Shown piece after piece: positions 23,878-32,673 of a DNA stretch of 64,000 bases. Both the position numbers and the translations under genes were made by a program. This DNA comes from Epithemia pelagica (lineage: Eukaryota; Protista; Bacillariophyta), in assembly GCA_946965045.2 (NCBI GenBank), contig OX337229.1:3038001-3102000 (forward strand). The letters run 5' to 3'. Every line of letters starts with the position of its first letter. Positions within the stretch are counted from its first letter, which is position 1. The notes under the pieces are model-generated. The model did no database searches. It saw only the letters and a list, made by a program, of their open reading frames with translations, and had not been told where the DNA came from.

Positions 23878-24563
23878 GATGAAATGACGCTAAAGGCAAT
23901 CAAGCGAGGTGCTTCGACAAAACAAGGATATGAACACTGCGTCTCATTCGAAATGAATGAGACTGCCACAACATGATCGATGGTCTTGATGGTGGTCATC
24001 TACGATAAATCGCACCGCCATTTGGCGATCGACGCGATTTCTGCAAGCGACTGAATTTCTCTAGAAAATCGCATATCCCACGGCCGGCAGACAGACCAAT
24101 CCTTATCCCTAAGCCAAAGTTACTTTCGCCGCAATTTTTTCCGTCTCGCGGTAGTCTACATAGTTTGGTGCATATCATCCTCTAGTTCGAGAAGGACAAG
24201 CGGTTCCATCAACATGACAATGTGATTTTGGCCGTGCTTGCTGTCCCTTTGACTCTTTCCAACTCTCTATTGACCATTCCTGGGAGATATCTCTCAATAC
24301 AAGTCTTCCTTAGAAGTCAAATGTTTCTGTCTCACATGTTCATTGCCCAAACTTTGTGAGTCTTTCTTATCAGGAAACAAGGCTAAGTCCAATTGTGCAC
24401 AATACAATATCCATGAATATTCGCTTTGAGTTTTTGACAAAATGCGTCTTTGACCTTCCTTCCATTATGTATACCATGCAGTTGCCTGTGTGGATGCTGA
24501 TGATGAGAGATGAATCAAGCAATGTTTACAATAGCAAGGTAATTGATCCGATTCATATCTATA

Positions 24564-25892
24564 TCATGTTCTGGGTCTTAATTCTGCCGAGTTACAAGAC
24601 GATCCGACAGATAACCTCTTTCGATTCGCTCCGTGTGAACTTCCACGTAAGGGATCGGTTCCACTTCCCAAAGAAGAGCTTGGTGCACTAAAGGAATTGC
24701 TTGTTCCCACCGATCCTCGTCGAGAGGCTCCAAACGATGAGCTTGTGGGTTTTGCTACTACAGTCGAAAAGGGTGTTGGTATCGTAGTTGTGGAGGACGG
24801 TACATGTGACGCAACAATTTGAACCGAAAACGGAGGACCGCTCGTGACAAAGTTGCTGCCGGTGTATCCACCCGTGGCGTTCACCCCAAACACCGAATTG
24901 TTCGATTCCAAAGAAGCTCTCCGTCTTGCCTTGTACGCACCGAACCCGGGGAGGTCGTTGTTTCCAGTAGAGCTTCGTCTTGTAAAGATGCGTCGGGTCA
25001 GAGACGAGTCTTGAAGCGATCTTCGGCGTCGATTCTTATTTCCATAGTCTGTAGGAACAGCGCCCATGGAAGCTCGCCGTCTTAATGTCTTCCAATTTTT
25101 CAAAACAATCGTTTGTTTTGGTGGTTGCGGTTGAATCAGATTATAATCGGAACTCCGTGTAGTACAGCTCTCCAGGGAACCTCGGCGGTGATGGGAAGAG
25201 GGGTGGAAGGTCAAACCTTGAGGGTTCAAACTGACCGATCGTACCGAACGATCATCCATGCCAGTTATGGAACTGCAATTGCTCATGCATCGTCGCGCTC
25301 GGAACTCATTGGGAGAGCGATGCAATCCTGCAAGTCCAGTAACACCCACACCACTGGAGCTGCGAGGGAGACTACATTTGGAAGAAAGGTGAGTCGGATG
25401 ATGACCCCCGTGAGCAGCTAGCGCAAAAGAATCACGCGCATAAGACTCAAACGAGAAGCTGTCCACTGTTGCGTTGTCGTCAGATCGCAACAATTCTAAC
25501 CCTGTGATTTCAATTTCTTCAAAGGAAGATTGCTTTCGTGATTTCAGTTCATACTGAGCACCATATTGAACCTGATGTGGCTCCTTGAGTTTCGTGGGAG
25601 GGGACGCCTGTGTAGGAAACGGCGGTGGAGGAAGCGGCGATTGGGTTGCTGACGGTGGTGATCGAGTTGGTGACCGGGTGGATGTTGCTCGTGCGGTCGA
25701 TTTGGCCGTTGTTGGTCGTGGTTTGGATGGTGACTGTGGTAGCGAGGATGTTCGGTGCACGGAACGAGACGGACTCAATCTCTTCGGAGCTTTCGTTTCC
25801 ACGTTTTCAGTTGCTGAGAACCATGATAACATGACAGGGCCCGAGGCCGTCGTCGAAGCCCTTCGTTTCGGCTTGAACGGAGTTGTCGTCAT
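24564..25892 (-). CDS. Disordered Ser/Pro/Arg-rich protein with repeated RRxS motifs
   Basis: 442-aa ATG ORF containing RRAS, RRGS, RRRAS, RRRRS and RRSSTG motifs. Confidence 0.65.
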   Translation of the reverse strand: MTTTPFKPKRRASTTASGPVMLSWFSATENVETKAPKRLSPSRSVHRTSSLPQSPSKPRPTTAKSTARATSTRSPTRSPPSATQSPLPPPPFPTQASPPTKLKEPHQVQYGAQYELKSRKQSSFEEIEITGLELLRSDDNATVDSFSFESYARDSFALAAHGGHHPTHLSSKCSLPRSSSGVGVTGLAGLHRSPNEFRARRCMSNCSSITGMDDRSVRSVSLNPQGLTFHPSSHHRRGSLESCTTRSSDYNLIQPQPPKQTIVLKNWKTLRRRASMGAVPTDYGNKNRRRRSLQDSSLTRRIFTRRSSTGNNDLPGFGAYKARRRASLESNNSVFGVNATGGYTGSNFVTSGPPFSVQIVASHVPSSTTTIPTPFSTVVAKPTSSSFGASRRGSVGTSNSFSAPSSSLGSGTDPLRGSSHGANRKRLSVGSSCNSAELRPRT

Positions 25893-26548
25893 GGTCGCTA
25901 TGCTGGTTCATTCAGATGTTCTTCGCCTGTCGTGATGCCGCTGCTGCTGCATTCACGTCGGTGCGTGTTTCGCAAGATAGGGTCGGAACTCGGGGAGCTA
26001 TGGTTTGTCACGTTTCGCACCATCTCTTATTTTTGCTTATTGCGCTACTACCGAACGTGTACTCATATTTCCAACATCCATGTACTCGTAATAACTTATA
26101 CTGATATACGTTTCGAGGACGAGTGGGAGTACGGAGTATGGAAGTTGACTCTTGTCTCCCCAAAATGGAAATTGGGCTATTGTGGGGATCCGAGTTTTTC
26201 TGGTTGGGAGTGTCGTCCTGACTCTGATCATGAGAGTGGAAAATAAACCCTACCAGTCTGCCCCTTCCAAGCCTAAACTCATATTATTGCCTTTTCCATA
26301 TGTTGACGATATGCGAAGACCCATACGGATATCTAAAGAAATGTGCGCAGACACAGGGACACCCGCTATTTTTGTAACCATAGTGCTTATGGACCTTGAA
26401 CAGAATATACCAAAAAGGGCGAAGGACGGACAAGCTTATTTTCTTTTTGGTACACTATAATAGAACAAAATACTTATCGACATTGATATTTCTGTATATT
26501 AGAATACATAGAGAGGAAAATACACGAATCGGAACATTTGGCGAGGGT

Positions 26549-26726
26549 CGATACAACCCGATACAAACCATACAACTGGTCGAAACAACATCCGATACAA
26601 CCGATACAAATTCCGATACAACCCGATACAACCCGATACAACCGATACAACCCCGATACAAACGATACACGGGGGTCGATACAACCGATACAAATCGACG
26701 AAACCCCGATACACACACCCGATACA
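26549..26726 (+). repeat. Left subterminal array of CGATACA heptamers (14 exact copies plus variants)
   Basis: Counted by eye: tcgatacaa, cccgatacaa, tccgatacaa and so on, with irregular short spacing. Confidence 0.92.
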
Positions 26727-26872
26727 ACAACAAGAATGAGTCTTCACAACAAAAATGAGCTTCACAAAACGAGATCGCAAAACACGTCGAAGTTATCGAC
26801 AACGATCGACGAAATGGAACACGACACAACAACCAACCTTTTTTGTCGCCAGGTAGTGGACAAAGAAAGAGG

Positions 26873-27487
26873 ATGAGCAAGCAGGTCTCTGTATCGAAGA
26901 AGGAGAAGGAGAAGGAGAAGTTTGTTGATTGGAGGAAATGCGAGGGGCGGGCGATCCTCATCGAGGATTTGGAGCCAGGTGGTCTGCTCTACAACATGAA
27001 CATGGTGCCGGCAGACCACCTTTTCAAGTTTTACAAGCGGCTCCCGGAGTTCAAAGGTGTCCCCTTCCAACAATTCAAGGCACGGCTGCAGGATCATCGA
27101 CGCCAAGCAGACTACGCGAATGAAAGGGCAAGAAGTGACGAAAGGGCCCTTATTCATGACAGAAGGTTATATCCAAGACAACAACACAACAACAAAGGTG
27201 AACTTGTCTTTGACCTTCACCCTGCAAAGCTGCTTCTTCGGCAGGATGTGAAGAATGGTGTGCACCTACGCTTGAAGCCATCCGAGCTTCAAAGGACACG
27301 TCCTGCCTACAGAGACTTTAAGCCAGCAATCTTCAAGCACCGCATTTACCAGGAAGCACGCCACCAACGTTTTTTCAACTATCTGGCACTGAAACGCGAG
27401 GAGGAGCAAGGACGAGGACCTGTTGTCCCCTGTGATGAGCTGCGACGACGACATGATTTGGCAAATCATATACAAGACTATACGTAA
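26873..27487 (+). CDS. Transposon ORF1: protein with two ~55-aa internal modules
   Basis: ATG at 26873. Module 1 W..CEGRAILIEDLEPGG...LPEFKGVPFQQFKARL; module 2 F..HPAKLLLRQDVKNG...RPAYRDFKPAIFKHRI. Confidence 0.75.
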   Translation: MSKQVSVSKKEKEKEKFVDWRKCEGRAILIEDLEPGGLLYNMNMVPADHLFKFYKRLPEFKGVPFQQFKARLQDHRRQADYANERARSDERALIHDRRLYPRQQHNNKGELVFDLHPAKLLLRQDVKNGVHLRLKPSELQRTRPAYRDFKPAIFKHRIYQEARHQRFFNYLALKREEEQGRGPVVPCDELRRRHDLANHIQDYT

Positions 27488-27532
27488 ACAAATAGAAAAC
27501 ACAAACAAACTTTTCTCTACTTTAGACATTCA

Positions 27533-28522
27533 TTAGGGTTGAAAGAGATGAGAGCTGCCATTGTTCATGGCATATTGCAACGTAACAGCGACAGCTCGAA
27601 AGGCAAGTCCATGATTCGTGTCGCTGTGCCTCCAAGTTTGGTGCATGGAGGCAAAGGTAGACATTTTTCCGTTGAACGATTCGTGTCGCAGGCGGATGCG
27701 ACTCTTAATATTGTTTGCCATCCTTGAATCGTGTTGTGGGTTGGGCCAAGCAACCTTGTCGCGGAAAGCATTCTTGATGTAACCGCGATCAGCCACAACC
27801 TTTTTTCCATCCGCGAGGTGCTCCAGCACACCAGACCTCTCGAGCATCTCCTTGTCACCCATGCCTCCGCGCACTGGTCCAAAGATATCCACGACTTGCT
27901 GGCGATATGCACATAGAGTGATTTGATATTTCACTCCACCGTGCGCATGCTTCTGTGAGAAATTTCGTCGATCAAACGGAAGCAGTTCAGTCTTGTGCTT
28001 TCGTTCCCACGTTTTCTTATCAACACCATCCACAGATAGCGCGAAAATCTCCGAGTCAGGATTGTTCAGGTCGTGAGGCCAGAAAATTACCTTCTCCTCA
28101 AGCGCTGCGATCTTCCGAATCCATTTCCAGAGATTCTTGCCTCGGACGTTGCACGCACAAATTCGGAACCTGTCACCAAGCTGTACGCTGCTTCGAGGAT
28201 AGCTGTAGATAAAGAAATGCGCAACCATGAACATGCGAAAGCCTTTTTGTTTATCCTTAGTACTTAGCTTTGCCTCTTCAATTGTCGTATGGCACAAGTC
28301 ATACCACATGGTTGCAATTGTAAGAGGCACCGATCCATAGTGTTGTTGGAACTTGTTGATGCGTTGCTCCCTCGTCAGACGGCCATCCACGTCCAAGGAG
28401 AGATAAGCTAAGCCTCGCGTGAGAACCTCGTCTGGCTCGACCAGTGGCACCATCTTCTCTTTATGTTGAACAGTAGGAAGATTCCGATGCGACCAACTTG
28501 GGGGAAGGAAGACAGCCTTCAT
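27533..28522 (-). CDS. PIF/Harbinger-like DDE transposase (329 aa)
   Basis: Catalytic-type motifs SVDGVD, FSQKH..GGVKYQI, GPVRGG..DKEM, VVADRGY and RIRLRHESFNG..F give a D-D-E triad as in IS5/PIF-Harbinger nucleases. No stops or frameshifts. Confidence 0.88.
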   Translation of the reverse strand: MKAVFLPPSWSHRNLPTVQHKEKMVPLVEPDEVLTRGLAYLSLDVDGRLTREQRINKFQQHYGSVPLTIATMWYDLCHTTIEEAKLSTKDKQKGFRMFMVAHFFIYSYPRSSVQLGDRFRICACNVRGKNLWKWIRKIAALEEKVIFWPHDLNNPDSEIFALSVDGVDKKTWERKHKTELLPFDRRNFSQKHAHGGVKYQITLCAYRQQVVDIFGPVRGGMGDKEMLERSGVLEHLADGKKVVADRGYIKNAFRDKVAWPNPQHDSRMANNIKSRIRLRHESFNGKMSTFASMHQTWRHSDTNHGLAFRAVAVTLQYAMNNGSSHLFQP

Positions 28523-28790
28523 GGCTCATTCCCTAGTAGTGTCACAAATTGGCGGAAAGGTGCTTCATCCCGAACACGAGTAGAAGGATCCGTGGGTCCA
28601 CACACACCAATCTGCCCTAAGTAAACTAAAATACTGCTTATGATCAAGCAATCAAACACATTCCTATGATATTAGTAGCTGTAGACAAACCAACGACACA
28701 AGAGGAGCATGTTGGATCAAGAGGGAATGGCTTGCGCTTCGCAAACCTGTCTACTTCTCTCGTTGATTGTTGGATCATTGATTTTCTATC

Positions 28791-30248
28791 ATGACAGAGC
28801 AACAACATGATCATAAATTGGACGAAGAGAAGAAACCACCGCCAAAGAGGCCAGCCAAGTTCCCCGCTCCAGGTGGATTGCCGTTTGACCAAACAAGAAA
28901 ATTAATCAAGGCCATCGAAAAACAAGGCCAGTCGAGACACTCCTTTGATCTCCTTTCGTTTTGCAGTAATAATCCCACCGACTGGGGATTTGAAGGCTCG
29001 TTGAAGCGACGACAAGTACAACTTCGCTGGGGCAAGTGCAAGTCCCGGTCCATCCAAGCCTACGTCAACTACCTCCATCGACTGGGAGTTGATCCAAACG
29101 AGAAGACTCTCAAAGAACTTGAAAACAAAGAGTCAGGAACCATGGTGAAGAGCAACAAGATTTCCGACAATGACACTTACACCACTGATGTTGCCGACGA
29201 CGTCAGCCCCGAAGAGGAGCAGATGTACAAGGACGCTTATGGGCGCTTGTATGGTGATCAAGATTATGCTGCTGGCATGGCTGAGCAAGACGACGACAGG
29301 AAGCCAGCTCCCCGCAATCTCAACCGCACACCTGTGAAGGGAGGAGAATCACCGGCGGTGTTTCTTGGCAACGATGCCCACGATGCCCACGATCAGCAGA
29401 TGGGACAGGTAAACGCCTCCAACTTCTTCGCAAGTCCCAGCCCAGCACGCCACAACGTTGCCGCCGCTTATGCTGTCCCTGGTGTTGACCTCAATGGAGG
29501 TGATCCACCGCAACATGTCTTCGGGAGGGTGTCTCCACTTCTTTCTCGTATCCCTCCTCGTCCCCCACAACTGCCTAACGACGTGTTGCACCCATTTGTT
29601 CCGACAAGTTGGTTGGTGAATCAAAATGGGACGGTCAAGCACCCTTGGATAATCGCCGTCAACCATTTGTGTGCCGAACGTAACAGAGATTTCGACATTC
29701 AATACGTTGAAGGGATCGACCAGGACGAACTTTTCACTCGCAACGGCTTCCACTTACGCCGTTCAGTCCCTTGCCAGGACCATCATTTATGGGATGCGAG
29801 CATTCCCGACGATGTTTTCGGAGAAAGCTGGCGTGGTCGTTTAATCTCGATGAGGGGGCCGGCGCAGGACTTCTGGATCCGCGATCCCGAGCGGTACCAC
29901 AAGGACGAGAAGTTGTCCAAGATCAAGTGTGCCGCTACAAAGAAGGCCCATAGTGCTACTATGGTGGCTATTGAGGATTCTGACGATGGCAGCTACTGGG
30001 CCCACTATAGGTTTGCCTTTCACCCGTCTATCAAACTCGACAACCAGATTTTCTCCAAGGATGAGACTGTCATCCCTACGGAGTACAACCCCATCAAAAT
30101 GAAATCAAATGACTCAGAGAATGATTTCGGCCGTGATCTCCTTGGTATGACTATCTTTTGGCGCATTGCATGCAAGGGTGGCACCAAGATTGCCACCAAA
30201 GGCAAGAAGAATGCGGAGGCTGCCAAGAACATGTTTGGTGACTTGTAA
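28791..30248 (+). CDS. Transposon ORF3: putative DNA-binding accessory protein (485 aa)
   Basis: Intronless ORF divergent from the transposase. Basic helical N-terminal region (FDQTRKLIKAIEK..WGFEGSLKRRQVQLRWGKCK) loosely resembles Myb/SANT-like domains, followed by an acidic linker and a globular C-terminal region. Confidence 0.7.
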   Translation: MTEQQHDHKLDEEKKPPPKRPAKFPAPGGLPFDQTRKLIKAIEKQGQSRHSFDLLSFCSNNPTDWGFEGSLKRRQVQLRWGKCKSRSIQAYVNYLHRLGVDPNEKTLKELENKESGTMVKSNKISDNDTYTTDVADDVSPEEEQMYKDAYGRLYGDQDYAAGMAEQDDDRKPAPRNLNRTPVKGGESPAVFLGNDAHDAHDQQMGQVNASNFFASPSPARHNVAAAYAVPGVDLNGGDPPQHVFGRVSPLLSRIPPRPPQLPNDVLHPFVPTSWLVNQNGTVKHPWIIAVNHLCAERNRDFDIQYVEGIDQDELFTRNGFHLRRSVPCQDHHLWDASIPDDVFGESWRGRLISMRGPAQDFWIRDPERYHKDEKLSKIKCAATKKAHSATMVAIEDSDDGSYWAHYRFAFHPSIKLDNQIFSKDETVIPTEYNPIKMKSNDSENDFGRDLLGMTIFWRIACKGGTKIATKGKKNAEAAKNMFGDL

Positions 30249-30270
30249 GCCACCAATTCCTACGAGTGTT

Positions 30271-30311
30271 TACATGATGAGTTTTTACATGATGAGTTTT
30301 TACATGATGAG
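30271..30311. repeat. Tandem 15-bp repeat TACATGATGAGTTTT x ~2.7
   Basis: Direct reading between the convergent stops of ORF3 and ORF4. Confidence 0.9.
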
Positions 30312-30390
30312 AGTTTCTACATTGACGAGTAGTTAGTAATCTTCCTTTATCCTATATTAGTTGAGAATTTGCATTGACCATGATGTTGCA

Positions 30391-30837
30391 TTAACCGTGA
30401 CCATAGCGCACACGACGCCAACGAGCCTTGTCCACACGTAGGTTACTTTGACGTTGCACAGCAACCGTCAAATAATTTAGGAACAAGTTCCCAATCCGAT
30501 GGCCAGCTTCTCCTTCGGAGGAGATGCCCTCACACTGGGACAGCCTCCTCGTAAGGTCGCGTAGCAGCTCTTCAATGTCACAGTGCTGCTGGAGAACAGC
30601 CTCTTCATAGCTTGCCGGTGGTGCTTCCTCTCCGACTCGGATCGATTCGTGATGAAGCCGTGTTGCAATCTCCTCCTCGTTCGGCTTGATGACGATAATG
30701 ACGTAGGTAAAGAACTCTGTCCTGCCCTTCTTCTTGTCGAGGAAGCCCCTCTTTCCACGGTACGTCCCACCAACAATCCGGATCTTGGCTCCCTTCCGGT
30801 CGGCGGGGTAAACCTTCGGTTTCTTCTTCTCGGCCAT
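30391..30837 (-). CDS. Transposon ORF4: small KOW-motif protein (148 aa)
   Basis: ATG at 30837. RKGAKIRIVGGTYRGKRGFLDK fits the KOW consensus (G..V.I..G.Y.G..G); helical C-terminal half. Confidence 0.72.
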   Translation of the reverse strand: MAEKKKPKVYPADRKGAKIRIVGGTYRGKRGFLDKKKGRTEFFTYVIIVIKPNEEEIATRLHHESIRVGEEAPPASYEEAVLQQHCDIEELLRDLTRRLSQCEGISSEGEAGHRIGNLFLNYLTVAVQRQSNLRVDKARWRRVRYGHG

Positions 30838-30969
30838 GATTGCGACTTCTTCTTCTTGCTTTCGTCTTGAAAAATGAGTCTGATTGTTGTGTTGCTGTTG
30901 TCGCAAGCAATTTCATTGGCGAGTTTGGCAGGAACCAATTCTTCGATTGCTTGATCCATCGCTTTATCA

Positions 30970-31050
30970 TTGTATCGCTCTCATTTCAAAAGTCGCCTGT
31001 TTATTCCATCTTGTATCGCTCTCATTTCAAAAGTCGCCTGTTTATTCCAT
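30970..31050. repeat. Exact 40-bp tandem duplication
   Basis: TTGTATCGCTCTCATTTCAAAAGTCGCCTGTTTATTCCAT at 30970-31009 and 31011-31050. Each copy contains TGTATCG, the reverse complement of the array heptamer. Confidence 0.92.
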
Positions 31051-31064
31051 GGTGACCGTCAACC

Positions 31065-31254
31065 CGATACATCAGGCCGATACAAATCGCAACAAATTCG
31101 GAAGACCCGATACAGAGGACTCGAGTCCCCCGATACAAATACGGTTACAAATCCGTTGTATCGATACAGTACCTAAGCCCCCCGATACAACTAGATACAA
31201 CCCCGATACACGACTGGATACAGTTGTATGTGCATCGATACAGAATCCGATACA
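31065..31254 (+). repeat. Right subterminal array of CGATACA heptamers (9 exact + strand copies plus variants)
   Basis: Counted by eye; same strand orientation as the left array. Includes the palindrome TGTATCGATACA. Confidence 0.88.
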
Positions 31255-31791
31255 TTTGGCGAGCTCAGCGCAAGGCTTCCCGAAGTTCAATAATTGGTAC
31301 ATTTAAGTAATTTTTTAGACACGTGCCGGTTCCTCTTTTGATAGTGTACAAAAATCGGGTACAGTCATCTCAACCAATCAGAAATAAGCCCAGTGGGGTC
31401 ATGGTTACAAATATAGCGGGTGTCCCAGACAAGCTAGCCGCACTCTTTCGATCACATATTTTGCTCTACTTACTCCTAGTAAGGAGTGAACATTCATCGC
31501 CTCATGTCTCATTCGATGCAATCGCAAGTTCATTACCTTCGGATTTCACCGTCATCGGCCATGATGTCAATCTTCATCTCACCAGTGGAAACCTGGTCGC
31601 TGGAAGAGCCAAACAGAATTTGATCGTTCGTGATAGCGCAACCTTTGATTCAAATAATCATTACCCTGAACAGGAATCAAGGGAATGAAAGAATGGAGGA
31701 TGCGCGATAAAATCTCTAATATTCGTTAGTGAAATGCAACAAGAAAATGAGAAGCCATTTCGAGTCGTCTCTCCAACATGTAACACGGTTG

Positions 31792-32411
31792 CTATGACGA
31801 AACAATCTTCACAATAGCGTCCGTCACGCATTTTTCCAAGGTGTCCAAGTACGCATCACATGGTCGAGAGTCGACAGCGTATTTCTTTTGACAGTCGAGC
31901 CAATGAGCTCTGGGTCCCAAACAGGGCAGTGTTTTTTTGTTTTCTCGTATTTTCTCGTCCAAATCCTCGGATAATATTTTGGTTCCATATTCCAATGATA
32001 AAAGACTGTCGTCAAATTCCTTACGCAAAGCACTGATTCGACCATCCAGATGCTGGTGACGTGTCTGCAATTGATGCAACTCTTGTTCGGCAGCGGCAGC
32101 TTGCCGTGCCTTGGATTCCTCCATGGCCATGGCTCGTTGATTCTGTCGCTGCAAAACGCCAATCTGCACATCTCTCCACGCTTCCTGGATCTTTTCATTC
32201 TGAAAGTCCACCGCGATTTTTCCTATGAAATGAATCAGTAAGATCATAGCAGCCATTCAATTGGTATGAGCAAATTCCATTCGTTTAAACATGGCTGACT
32301 TTGTTGACATCCACACATCAACAACGTACTCTGCAAATCAGGGGATAGCGACACTCGCGGCTCGTCCTCACCGACCCCCGTGGCGCTTTCGGTGGAGTTT
32401 GACTGGCCCAT
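31792..32411 (-). CDS. MIC19/CHCHD3-like MICOS subunit (myristoylation motif, coiled coil, twin CX9C), 2 exons
   Basis: Exon 1 MGQSNSTES...SPDLQ; intron 32329-32223 (GTACGT..CATAG) in phase. Exon 2 has a coiled coil and CLGPRAHWLDC-x10-CDAYLDTLEKC (CX9C-X10-CX9C). Confidence 0.72.
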
Positions 32412-32673
32412 TATTTGTTTTGAATCACAATGATGGCAAGATCCTATTCTACCACGGTGTGGGTTCAAGATCGCAATGCGGTCGCGATGCGATGCCCGAA
32501 TTTGATTCGGGAATACGATTTTTGTACACGACTGATCTACCTGTTTCTTTTCTATCGCGGATGCTAGGGTGACCTCGATCGATGGGGGCATTCTACTCCT
32601 AGCTTTCCTGTGCCCCAAACAAAAAGGAAGGAGTACTAAAGCAAAAGAGGAAAGGTAGAAAGTTTTTTTACAA

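Larger units (their letters stand above)
26450..31349. mobile_element. Four-ORF DNA transposon with PIF/Harbinger-type (DDE_Tnp_4-like) transposase
   Basis: Inverted 9-mer GTACACTAT (26450-26458) / ATAGTGTAC (31341-31349). Subterminal CGATACA arrays at both ends. Intact DDE transposase ORF plus three additional intronless ORFs. Confidence 0.82.

Noticed and set aside
26540-26730. CGATACA array as a CRISPR array
   Set aside because: The unit is only 7-10 bp with irregular short gaps and no unique spacers; the context is eukaryotic and there are no cas genes.
26455-26961. Overlapping ORFs with CIGCIG/RYNPIQ/VSVVS repeats
   Set aside because: These are translations of the heptamer DNA array in several frames, not proteins.
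31323-31688. 121-aa ORF just right of the transposon as a fifth element gene
   Set aside because: It begins with a non-ATG codon, lies almost entirely outside the inferred end, contains an intergenic-type TACTCCTA motif and has no recognisable domain.
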